A DNA stretch of 64,000 nucleotides. Source: Eledone cirrhosa. Its lineage: Eukaryota. The translations under genes and the position numbers were made by a program. Of this stretch, positions 1 through 12,200 are shown one piece after another. Position 1 is the first letter of the stretch. Each line of letters starts with the position of its first letter. The DNA lies in assembly GCA_964016885.1 (NCBI GenBank), contig OZ024741.1, positions 247,690,001 to 247,754,000 of the forward strand. Reading direction: 5' to 3'. Under the pieces are notes generated by a model, which saw only the letters and a list, made by a program, of their open reading frames with translations, was not told where the DNA came from and did no database searches.

Positions 1-46
1 TATCTTACCTTGGCTGGCGGGAAATTATATCCCCTTGGACGGCTGA

Positions 47-71
47 AAATTATCTCCCCTTGGACGGCTGG
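47..71 (+). repeat. Representative type A monomer, 25 bp (AAATTATCTCCCCTTGGACGGCTGG)
   Basis: Read directly. It is the dominant unit of the GC-richer blocks. Three units (75 bp) give the recurring 25-aa pseudo-peptide LSPLGRLEIISPWTAGNYLPLDGWK in the ORF track. Confidence 0.97.
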
Positions 72-126
72 AAATTATCTCCCCTTGATTTTTTTTACAA
101 ATTATCTCCCCCTGATTTTTTTTTAC

Positions 127-153
127 AAATTATCTCCCCCTGATTTTTTTTAC
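127..153 (+). repeat. Representative type B monomer, 27 bp (AAATTATCTCCCCCTGATTTTTTTTAC); T-run 7-10 gives 26-29 bp
   Basis: Read directly. In-frame 27-bp copies give the (YKLSPPDFF)n and (TNYLPLIFF)n pseudo-peptides in the ORF track. Confidence 0.97.
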
Positions 154-180
154 AAATTATCTCCCCCCTGATTTTTTTAC

Positions 181-404
181 AAATTATCTCCCCTTGGCTG
201 GCTGGAAATTATCTCCCCTTGGAGGCTGGAACTTATCTCCCCTTGGACGGCTAGAAATTACCTCTCCTTGGACGGCTGGAAAATATGTCTCCTTGGACGG
301 CTGGATATTATCTCCCCTTGGACGGCTGGAAATTATCTCCCCTTGGACGGCTGGAAATTATCTCCCCTTGGATGGCTAGATATTACCTCCCCTTGGACGG
401 CTGG
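181..404 (+). repeat. Recurrent 9-monomer A-block cassette (224 bp), about 40 full or partial copies in the window
   Basis: Fixed order of marked monomers: GGCTGGCTGG, GGAGGCTGG (24 bp), AACTTATC..CTAG, AAATTACCTCTCC, AAAATATGTCTCC, ATATTATC, consensus, GGATGGCTAG, ATATTACC. Pseudo-ORFs beginning MAGWKL(S/P)PLG(G/A)WNL recur at 194, 6630, 8294, 9678, 10831, 16459, 18123, 19507, 20660, 26186, 26919, 32389, 33172, 35067, 36730, 41107, 41732, 55482, 60146, 62826 and others. Confidence 0.93.
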
Positions 405-1039
405 AAATTATCTCCCTTTGATTTTTTTTACAAATTATCTCCCCCTGATTTTTTTTTACAAATTATCTCCCCCTGATTTTTTTTTACAAATTATCTCCCC
501 CTGATTTTTGTTTACAAATTATCTCCGCCTGATTTTTTTTAAAAAATTATCTCCCCTTGGACGGCTGGAAATTATCTCCCCTTGGACGGCTAGAAATTAC
601 CTCTCCTTGGACGGCTGAAAATTATCTCCCCTTGGACGGCTGGAAATTATCTCCCCTTGATTTTTTTACAAATTATCTCCCCCTGATTTTTTTTTTACAA
701 ATTATCTCCCCCTGATTTTTTTTTACAAATTATCTACCCCTGATTTTTTTTTACAAATTATCTCCCCCTGATTTTTTTTACAAATTATCTCCCCCTGATT
801 TTTTTTTACAAATTATCTCCCCCTGATTTTTTTACAAATTATCTCCCCCTGATTTTTTTTACAAATTGTCTCCGCCTGATTTTTTTAAATATTATCTCTC
901 CTTGGCTGGCGGGAAATTATCTCCCCTTGGACGGCTGGAAATTATCTCCCCTTGGAAGGATGGAAATTATCTCCCCTTGGACGGCTAGAAATTATCTCTC
1001 TTTGGACGGCTGGAAATTATCACCCCTTGAGTTTTTTAC

Positions 1040-1190
1040 AAATTATCTCCCCCTGATTTTTTTTACAAATCTCCCAGTGATTTTTAAAAAAAAATTATCT
1101 CCCCTTCGCTGGCTGGAAATTATCTCCCCTTGGACGCTGGAAATTATAGCACCTTGGAGGGCTGGAAATTATCTTCCCTTGGACGGCTGG
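1040..1190 (+). repeat. Recurrent junction cassette: shortened B (ACAAATCTCCCAGTGA) + TnAm + 4 variant A monomers (TTCGCTGGCTGG / GGACGCTGG / ATAGC(A/C)CCTTGGAGGG / CTTCCC)
   Basis: Same variant series near 1065, 3570, 4560, 9170, 11680, 13400, 14390, 19000, 21510, 23200, 24330, 29095, 30080, 37605, 44675, 46200, 48190, 50720, 52410, 57950 and 61020. Sub-variants are CCCAGTGA, CCCAATGA, CCCTGTGA and CTGCCAATGA. Confidence 0.9.
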
Positions 1191-3259
1191 AAATTATCTC
1201 CCCTTGATTTTTTTTACAAATTATCTCCCCCTGATTTTTTTTTACAAATTATCTCCCCCTGATTTTTTTTTACAACTTATCTGCGCCTGATTTTTTTAAA
1301 AAAATTATCTCCCCTTGGACGGCTGGAAATTATCTCCCCTTGGACGGCTGGAAATTATCTCTCCTTGGACGGCTAGAATTTACCTCTCCTTGGACGGCTG
1401 AAAATTATCTCCCCTTGGACGGCTGGAAATTATCTCCCCTTGATTTTTTTTACAAATTATCTCCCCCTGATTTTTTTTTACAAATTATCTCCCCCTGATT
1501 TTTTTTACAAATTATCTCCCCCTGATTTTTTTTTACAAATTATCTCCCCCTGATTTTTTTTACAAATTATCTCCCCCTGATTTTCTTACAAATTATCTCC
1601 CCTTGGCTGGCTGGAAATTATCTCCCCTTGGACGGCTGGAAATTATCTCCCATTGGATGGCTAGATATTACCTCCCCTTGGACGGCTGGAAATTATCTCC
1701 CCTTGATTTTTTTTACAAATTATCTCCCCCTGATTTTTTTTACAAATTATCTCCCCCTGATTTTTTTTTACAAATTATCTCCCCCTGATTTTTGTTTACA
1801 AATTATCTCCGCCTGATTTTTTTTTAAAAATTATCTCCCCTTGGACGGCTGGAAATTATCTCCCCCTGGACGGCTAGAAATTACCTCTCCTTGGACGGCT
1901 GAAAATTATCTCCCCTTGGACGGCTGGAAATTATCTCCCCCTGATTTTTTTACAAATTATCTCCCCCTAATTTTTTTTACAAATTATCTCCGCCTGATTT
2001 TTTTAAATATTATCTCTCCTTGGCTGGCGGGAAATTATCTCCCCTTGGACGGCTGGAAATTATCTCCCCTTGGAAGGATGGAAATTATCTCCCCTTGGAC
2101 GGCTGGAAATTATCTACCCCTGATTTTTTTTACAAATTATCTCCCCCTGATTTTTTTTACAAATTATCTCCCCCTGATTTTTTTTTACAAATTATCTACC
2201 CCTGATTTTTTTTACAAATTATCTCCCCCTGATTTTTTTTACAAATTATCTCCCCCTGATTTTTTTTTACAAATTATCTACCCCTGATTTTTTTTACAAA
2301 TTATCTCCCCCTGATTTTTTTTTACAAATTATCTCCCCCTGATTTTTTTACAAATTATCTCCCCCTGATTTTTTTTACAATCTCCGCCTGATTTTTTTAA
2401 AAATTATCTTCTCTTGGCTGGCTGGAAATTATCTCCCCTTGGACACTGGAAATTATAGCCACTTGGAGGGCTGGAAATTATCTTCCCTTGAACGGCTGGA
2501 AATTATCTCCCCTTGATTTTTTTTACAAATTATCTCCGCCTGATTTTTTTTTACAAATTATCTCCCCCTGATTTTTTTTTACAAATTATCTACCCCTGAT
2601 TTTTTTTTACAAATTATCTCCCCCTGATTTTTTTTACAAATTATCTCCCCCTGATTTCTCTTTTACAAATTATCTCCCCCTGATTTTTTTACAAATTATC
2701 TCCCCCTGATTTTTTTTACAAATTATCTCCGCCTGATTTTTTTAAATATTATCTTCCCTTGGCTGGCGGGAAATTATCTCCCCTTGGACGGCTGGAAATT
2801 ATCTACCCTTGATTTTCTTTTTACAAATTATCTTCCACTGATTTTTTTTACAAATTATCTCCACCTGATTTTTTAAAAAATTATCTCCCATTGGAAGGCT
2901 GGAAATTATCTCCCCTTGGCTGGAAATTATCTCCCCTTTGACGGCTAGAAATTATCTCTCTTTGGACGGCTGGAAATTATCACCCCTTGAGTTTTTTACA
3001 AATTATCTCCCCCTGATTTTTTTACAAATTATCTCCCCCTGATTTTTTTTACAAATTATCTCCGCCTGATTTTTTTAAATATTATCTTCCCTTGGCTGGC
3101 GGGAAATTATCTCCCCTTGGACGGCTGAAAATTATCTCCCCTTGGACGGCTGGAAATTATCTCCCCTTGATTTTTTTTACAAATTATCTCCCCCTGATTT
3201 TTTTTTACAAATTATCTCCCCCTGATTTTTTTACAAATTATCTCCCCCTGATTTTTTTT

Positions 3260-6200
3260 TACAAATTATCTCCCCCTGATTTTTTTTACAAATTATCTCC
3301 CTCTGATTTTTTTACAAATTATCTCCCCTTGGCTGGCTGGAAATTATCTCCCCTTGGACGGCTAGAAATTACCTCTCCTTGGACGGCTGGAAAATATGTC
3401 TCCTTGGACGGCTGGATATTATCTCCCCTTGGACGGCTGGAAATTATCTCCCCTTGGACGGCTGGAAATTATCTCCCCTTGGACGGATATATATTACCTC
3501 CCCTTGGACGGCTGGAAATTATCTCCCCTTGATTTTTTTACAAATTATCTCCCCCTGATTTATTTTACAAATCTCCCAATGATTTTTAAAAAAAAATTAT
3601 CTCCCCTTCGCTGGCTGGAAATTATCTCCCCTTGGACGCTGGAAATTATAGCCCCTTGGAGGGCTGGAAATTATCTTCCCTTGGACGGCTGGAAATTATC
3701 TCCCCTTGATTTTTTTTACAAATTTTCTCCCCCTGATTTTTTTTACAAATTATCTCCCCCTGATTTTTTTTACAAATTATCTACCCCTGATTTTTTTTAC
3801 AAATTATCTCCCCCTGATTTTTTTTTACAAATTATCTCCCCCTGATTTTTTTTTACAAATTATCTCCCCCTGATTTTTTTACAAATTATCTCCCCCTGAT
3901 TTTTTTTACAATCTCCGCCTGATTTTTTTAAAAATTATCTTCTCTTGGCTGGCTGGAAATTATCTCCCCTTGGACACTGGAAATTATAGCCACTTGGAGG
4001 GCTGGAAATTATCTTCCCTTGGACGGCTGGAAATTATCACCCCTTGATTTTTTTTACAAATTATCTCCGCCTGATTTTTTTTTACAAATTATCTCCCCCT
4101 GATTTTTTTTTACAAATTATCTAACCCTGATTTTTTTTTACAAATTATCTCCCCCTGATTTTTTTTACAAATTATCTCCCCCTGATTTCTCTTTAACAAA
4201 TTATCTCCCCCTGATTTTTTTACAAATTATCTCCCCCTGATTTTTTTTACAAATTATCTCCGCCTGATTTTTTTAAATATTATCTTCCCTTGGCTGGCGG
4301 GAAATTATCTCCCCTTGGACGGCTGGAAATTATCTACCCTTGATTTTCTTTTTACAAATTATCTTCCACTGATTTTTTTTACAAATTATCTCCACCTGAT
4401 TTTTTAAAAAATTATCTCCCCTTGGAAGGCTGGAAATTATCTCCCCTTGGCTGGAAATTATCTCCCCTTGGACGGCTAGAAATTATCTCTCTTTGGACGG
4501 CTGGAAATTATCACCCCTTGAGCTTTTTACAAATTATCTCCCCCTGATTTTTTTTACAAATCTCCCTGTGATTTTTAAAAAAAAATTATCTCCCCTTCGC
4601 TGGCTGGAAATTATCTCCCCTTGGACGCTGGAAATTATAGCCCCTTGGAGGGCTGGAAATTATCTTCCCTTGGACGGCTGGAAATTATCTCCCCTTGATT
4701 TTTTTTACAAATTATCTCCCCCTGATTTTTTTTTACAAATTATCTCCCCCTGATTTTTTTTACAACTTATCTGCGCCTGATTTTTTTTTTAAAATTATCT
4801 CCCCTTGGACGGCTGGAAATTATCTCCCCTTGGACGGCTGGAAATTATCTCTCCTTGGACGGCTAGAATTTACCTCTCCTTGGACGGCTGAAAATTATCT
4901 CCCCTTGGACGGCTGGAAATTATCTCCCCTTGATTTTTTTTACAAATTATCTCCCCCTGATTTTTTTTTACAAATTATCTCCCCCTGATTTTTTTTTACA
5001 AATTATCTCCCCCTGATTTTTTTTTACAAATTATCTACCCCTGATTTTTTTTTACAAATTATCTCCCCTTGGCTGGCTGGAAATTATCTCCCCTTGGAGG
5101 CTGGAACTTATCTCCCCTTGGACGGCTAGAAATTACCTCTCCTTGGACGGCTGGAAAATATGTCTCCTTGGACGGCTGGATATTATCTCCCCTTGGACGG
5201 CTGGAAATTATCTCCCCTTGGACGGCTGAAAATTATCTCCCCTTGATTTTTTTTACAAATTATCTCCCCCTGATTTTTTTTTACAAATTATCTCCCCCTG
5301 ATTTTTGTTTACAAATTATCTCCGCCTGATTTTTTAAAAAAATTATCTCCCCTTGGACGGCTGGAAATTATCTCCCCTTGGACGGATAGAAATTACCTCT
5401 CCTTGGACGGCTGAAAATTATCTCCCCTTTGACGGCTGGAAATTATCTCCCCTTGATTTTTTTACAAATTATCTCCCCCTGATTTTTTTTTTACAAATTA
5501 TCTCCCCCTGATTTTTTTTTACAAATTATCTACCCCTGATTTTTTTTTACAAATTATCTCCCCCTGATTTTTTTTACAAATTATCTCCCCCTGATTTTTT
5601 TTTACAAATTATCTCCCCCTGATTTTTTTACAAATTATCTCCCCCTGATTTTTTTTACAAATTATCTCCGCCTGATTTTTTTAAATATTATCTCTCCTTG
5701 GCTGGCGGGAAATTATCTCCCCTTGGACGGCTGGAAATTATCTCCCCTTGGAAGGATGGAAATTATCTCCCCTTGGACGGCTGGAAATTATCTACCCCTG
5801 ATTTTTTTTACAAATTATCTCCCCCTGATTTTTTTTACAAATTATCTCCCCCTGATTTTTTTTACAAATTATCTACCCCTGATTTTTTTTACAAATTATC
5901 TCCCCCTGATTTTTTTTACAAATTATCTCCCCCTGATTTTTTTTTTACAAATTATCTCACCCTGATTTTTTTACAAATTATCTCCCCCTGATTTTTTTTA
6001 CAAATTATCTCCGCCTGATTTTTTTAAATATTATCTTCCCTTGGAGGCTGGAATTTATCTCCCCTTGGACGGCTAGAAATTACCTCTCCTTGGACGGCTG
6101 GAAAATATGTCTCCTTGGACGGCTGGATATTATCTCCCCTTGGACGGCTGGAAATTATCTCCCCTTGGACGGCTGGAAATTATCTCCCCTTGGACGGATA

Positions 6201-9200
6201 GATATTACCTCCCCTTGGACGGCTGGAAATTATCTCCCCTTGGACGGCTGGAAATTATCTCCCCATGGACGGCTGGAAATTATCTCCCCTTGGACGGCTA
6301 GAAATTATCTCTCCTTGGACGGCTGAAAATTATCTCCCCTTGGACGGCTGGAAATTATCTCCCGTTGGACGGCTGGAAATTATCTCGCCTTGGACGGCTA
6401 GAATTTACCTCTCCTTGGACGGCTGAAAATTATCTCCCCTTGGACGGCTGGAAATTATCTCCCCTTGATTTTTTTTACAAATTATCTCCCCCTGATTTTT
6501 TTTTACAAATTATCTCCCCCTGATTTTTTTTTACAAATTATCTCCCCCTGATTTTTTTTTACAAATTATCTCCCCCTGATTTTTTTTACAAATTATCTCC
6601 CCCCTGATTTTTTAACAAATTATCTCCCCTTGGCTGGCTGGAAATTATCTCCCCTTGGAGGCTGGAACTTATCTCCCCTTGGACGGCTAGAAATTACCTC
6701 TCCTTGGACGGCTGGAAAATATGTCTCCTTGGACGGCTGGATATTATCTCCCCTTGGACGGCTGGAAATGATCTCCCCTTGGACGGCTGGAAATTATCTC
6801 CCCTTGGATGGCTAGATATTACCTCCCCTTGGACGGCTGGAAATTATCTCCCTTTGATTTTTTTTACAAATTATCTCCCCCTGATTTTTTTTTACAAATT
6901 ATCTCCCCCTGATTTTTTTTTACAAATTATCTACCCCTGATTTTTTTTTACAAATTATCTCCCCCTGATTTTTTTTACAAATTATCTCCCCCTGATTTTT
7001 TTTTACAAATTATCTCCCCCTGATTTTTTTACAAATTATCTCCCCCTGATTTTTTTTACAAATTATCTCCGCCTGATTTTTTTAAATATTATCTCTCCTT
7101 GGCTGGCGGGAAATTATCTCCCCTTGGACGGCTGGAAATTATCTCCCCTTGGAAGGATGGAAATTATCTCCCCTTGGACGGCTGGAAATTATCTACCCCT
7201 GATTTTTTTTACAAATTATCTCCCCCTGATTTTTTTTACAAATTATCTCCCCCTGATTTTTTTTACAAATTATCTACCCCTGATTTTTTTTACAAATTAT
7301 CTCCCCCTGATTTTTTTTACAAATTATCTCCCCCTGATTTTTTTTTTACAAATTATCTCACCCTGATTTTTTTACAAATTATCTCCCCCTGATTTTTTTT
7401 ACAAATTATCTCCGCCTGATTTTTTAAAATATTATCTTCCCTTGGCTGGCGAGAAATTATCTCCCCTTGAAGGGCTGAAAATTATCTCCCCTTGGACGGC
7501 TGGAAATTATCTCCCCTTGATTTTTTTTACAAATTATCTCCCCCTGATTTTTTTTTAGAAATTATCTCCCCCTGATTTTTTTTACAAATTATCTCCCCCT
7601 GATTTTTTTTTACAAATTATCTGCCGCTGATTTTTTTTACAAATTATCTCCCCCTGATTTTTTTACAAATTATCTCCCCTTGGCTGGCTGGAAATTACCT
7701 CCCCTTGGAGGCTGGAATTTATCTCCCCTTGGACGGCTAGAAATTACCTCTCCTTGGACGGCTGGAAAATATGTCTCCTTGGACGGCTGGATATTATCTC
7801 CCCTTGGACGGCTGGAAATTATCTCCCCTTGGACGGCTGGAAATTATCTCCCCTTGGACGGATAGATATTACCTCCCCTTGGACGGCTGGAAATTATCTC
7901 CCCTTGGACGGCTGGAAATTATCTCCCCATGGACGGCTGGAAATTATCTCCCCTTGGACGGCTAGAAATTATCTCTCCTTGGACGGGTGAAAATTATCTC
8001 CCCTTGGACGGCTGGAAATTATCTCCCGTTGGACGGCTGGAAATTATCTCGCCTTGGACGGCTAGAATTTACCTCTCCTTGGACGGCTGAAAATTATCTC
8101 CCCTTGGACGGCTGGAAATTATCTCCCCTTGATTTTTTTTACAAATTATCTCCCCCTGATTTTTTTTTACAAATTATCTCACCCTGATTTTTTTTTAGAA
8201 ATTATCTCCCCCTGATTTTTTTTTACAAATTATCTCCCCCTGATTTTTTTTACAAATTATCTCCCCCCTGATTTTTTAACAAATTATCTCCCCTTGGCTG
8301 GCTGGAAATTATCTCCCCTTGGAGGCTGGAACTTATCTCCCCTTGGACGGCTAGAAATTACCTCTCCTTGGACGGCTGGAAAATATGTCTCCTTGGACGG
8401 CTGGATATTATCTCCCCTTGGACGGCTGGAAATTATCTCCCCTTGGACGGCTGGAAATTATCTCCCCTTGGATGGCTAGATATTACCTCCCCTTGGACGG
8501 CTGGAAATTATCTCCCTTTGATTTTTTTTAAAAATTATCTCCCCCTGATTTTTTTTTACAAATTATCTCCCCCTGATTTTTTTTTACAAATTATCTCCCC
8601 CTGATTTTTGTTTACAAATTATCTCCGCCTGATTTTTTTTTTAAAATTATCTCCCCTTGGACGGCTGGAAATTATCTCCCCTTGGACGGCTAGAAATTAC
8701 CTCTCCTTGGACGGCTGAAAATTATCTCCCCTTGGACGGCTGGAAATTATCTCCCCTTGATTTTTTTACAAATTATCTCCCCCTGATTTTTTTTTTACAA
8801 ATTATCTCCCCCTGATTTTTTTTTACAAATTATCTACCCCTGATTTTTTTTTACAAATTATCTCCCCCTGATTTTTTTTACAAATTATCTCCCCCTGATT
8901 TTTTTTTACAAATTATCTCCCCCTGATTTTTTTACAAATTATCTCCCCCTGATTTTTTTTACAAATTATCTCCGCCTGATTTTTTTAAATATTATCTCTC
9001 CTTGGCTGGCGGGAAATTATCTCCCCTTGGACGGCTGGAAATTATCTCCCCTTGGAAGGATGGAAATTATCTCCCCTTGGACGGCTAGAAATTATCTCTC
9101 TTTGGACGGCTGGAAATTATCACCCCTTGAGTTTTTTACAAATTATCTCCCCCTGATTTTTTTTACAAATCTCCCAGTGATTTTTAAAAAAAAATTATCT

Positions 9201-12200
9201 CCCCTTCGCTGGCTGGAAATTATCTCCCCTTGGACGCTGGAAATTATAGCCCCTTGGAGGGCTTGAAATTATCTTCCCTTGGACGGCTGGAAATTATCTC
9301 CCCTTGATTTTTTTTTACAAATTATCTCCCCCTGATTTTTTTTTACAAATTATATCCCCCTGATTTTTTTTTACAACTTATCTGCGCCTGATTTTTTTAA
9401 AAAAATTATCTCCCCTTGGACGGCTGGAAATTATCTCCCCTTGGACGGCTGGAAATTATCTCTCCTTGGACGGCTAGAATTTACCTCTCCTTGGACGACT
9501 GAAAATTATCTCCCCTTGGACGGCTGGAAATTATCTCCCCTTGATTTTTTTTACAAATTATCTCCCCCGGATTTTTTTTTACGAATTATCTCCCCCTGAT
9601 TTTTTTTTACAAATTATCTCCCCCTGATTTTTTTTTACAAATTATCTCCCCCTGATTTTTTTACAAATTATCTCCCCTTGGCTGGCTGGAAATTATCTCC
9701 CCTAGGAGGCTGGAACTTATCTCCCCTTGGACGGCTAGAAATTACCTCTCTTTGGACGGCTGGAAAATATGTCTCCTTGGACGGCTGGATATTATCTCCC
9801 CTTGGACGGCTGGAAATTATCTCCCCTTGGACGGCTGGAAATTATCTCCCCTTGGATGGCTAGATATTACCTCCCTTTGGACGGCTGGAAATTATCTCCC
9901 CTTGATTTTTTTTACAAATTATCTCCCCCTGATTTTTTTTTACAAATTATCTCCCCCGATTTTTTTTTACAAATTATCTCCCCCTGATTTTTTTTTACAA
10001 ATTATCTCCCCCTGATTTTTGTTTACAAATTATCTCCCCTTGGACGGCTGGAAATTATCTCCCCTTGGACGGCTAGAAATTACCTCTCCTTGGACGGCTG
10101 AAAATTATCCTCCCTTGGACGGCTGGAAATTATCTCCCCTTGATTTTTTTACAAATTATCTCCCCCTGATTTTTTTTTTACAAATTATCTCACCCTGATT
10201 TTTTTTACAAATTATCTACCCCTGATTTTTTTTTACAAATTATCTCCCCCTGATTTTTTTTACAAATTATCTCCCACTGATTTTTTTTTTACAAATTATC
10301 TCCCCCTGATTTTTTTACAAATTATCTCCCCCTGATTTTTTTTACAAATTATATCCGCCTGATTTTTTTAAATATTATCTCTCCTTGGCTGGCGGGAAAT
10401 TATCTCCCCTTGGACGGCTGGAAATTATCTCCCCTTGGAAGGATGGAAATTATCTCCCCTTGGACGGCTGGAAATTATCTACCCCTGATTTTTTTTACAA
10501 ATTATCTCCCCCTGATTTTTTTTACAAATTATCTCCCCCTGATTTTTTTTTTACAAATTATCTCCCCCTGATTTTTTTACAAATTATCTCCCCCTGATTT
10601 TTTTTACAAATTATCTCCGCCTGATTTTTTAAAATATTATCTTACCTTGGCTGGCGGGAAATTATCTCCCCTTGGACGGCTGAAAATTATCTCCCCTTGG
10701 ACGGCTGGAAATTATCTCCCCTTGATTTTTTTTACAAATTATCTCCCCCTGATTTTTTTTTACAAATTATCTCCCCCTGATTTTTTTTACAAATTATCTC
10801 CCCCCTGATTTTTTTACAAATTATCTCCCCTTGGCTGGCTGGAAATTATCTCCCCTTGGAGGCTGGAACTTATCTCCCCTTGGACGGCTAGAAATTACCT
10901 CTCCTTGGACGGCTGGAAAATATGTCTCCTTGGACGGCTGGATATTATCTCCCCTTGGACGGCTGGAAATTATCTCCCCTTGGACGGCTGGAAATTATCT
11001 CCCCTTGGATGGCTAGATATTACCTCCCCTTGGACGGCTGGAAATTATCTCCCTTTGATTTTTTTTACAAATTATCTCCCCCTGATTTTTTTTTACAAAT
11101 TATCTCCCCCTGATTTTTTTTTACAAATTATCTCCCCCTGATTTTTGTTTACAAATTATCTCCGCCTGATTTTTTTTAAAAAATTATCTCCCCTTGGACG
11201 GCTGGAAATTATCTCCCCTTGGACGGCTAGAAATTACCTCTCCTTGGACGGCTGAAAATTATCTCCCCTTGGACGGCTGGAAATTATCTCCCCTTGATTT
11301 TTTTACAAATTATCTCCCCCTGATTTTTTTTTTACAAATTATCTCCCCCTGATTTTTTTTTACAAATTATCTACCCCTGATTTTTTTTTACAAATTATCT
11401 CCCCCTGATTTTTTTTACAAATTATCTCCCCCTGATTTTTTTTTACAAATTATCTCCCCCTGATTTTTTTACAAATTATCTCCCCCTGATTTTTTTTACA
11501 AATTATCTGCCCCCTGATTTTTTTACAAATTATCTCCCCTTGGACGGCTGGAAATTATCTCCCCTTGGAAGGATGGAAATTATCTCCCCTTGGACGGCTA
11601 GAAATTATCTCTCTTTGGACGGCTGGAAATTATCACCCCTTGAGTTTTTTACAAATTATCTCCCCCTGATTTTTTTTACAAATCTCCCAGTGATTTTTTA
11701 AAAAAAATTATCTCCCCTTCGCTGGCTGGAAATTATCTCCCCTTGGACGCTGGAAATTATAGCACCTTGGAGGGCTGGAAATTATCTTCCCTTGGACGGC
11801 TGGAAATTATCTCCCCTTGATTTTTTTTACAAATTATCTCCCCCTGATTTTTTTTTACAAATTATCTCCCCCTGATTTTTTTTTACAACTTATCTGCGCC
11901 TGATTTTTTTAAAAAAATTATCTCCCCTTGGACGGCTGGAAATTATCTCCCCTTGGACGGCTGGAAATTATCTCTCCTTGGACGGCTAGAATTTACCTCT
12001 CCTTGGACGGCTGAAAATTATCTCCCCTTGGACGGCTGGAAATTATCTCCCCTTGATTTTTTTTACAAATTATCTCCCCCTGATTTTTTTTTACAAATTA
12101 TCTCCCCCTGATTTTTTTTACAAATTATCTCCCCCTGATTTTTTTTTACAAATTATCTCCCCCTGATTTTTTTTACAAATTATCTCCCCCTGATTTTCTT

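Noticed and set aside
12-21. Chi-like motif GCTGGCGG / GCTGGCTGG at block borders
   Set aside because: I saw no exact GCTGGTGG. Chi acts through bacterial RecBCD and nothing indicates a bacterial context. The resemblance follows from the GGCTGG tail.
70-84. NF-kB-like site GGAAATTATCTCCCC
   Set aside because: The spacing does not fit the 10-bp GGGRNWYYCC consensus on either strand.
86-180. T-runs as intrinsic or Pol III terminators
   Set aside because: There is no preceding GC hairpin, no A/B-box promoter and no upstream gene. The T-runs are simply the B tail.
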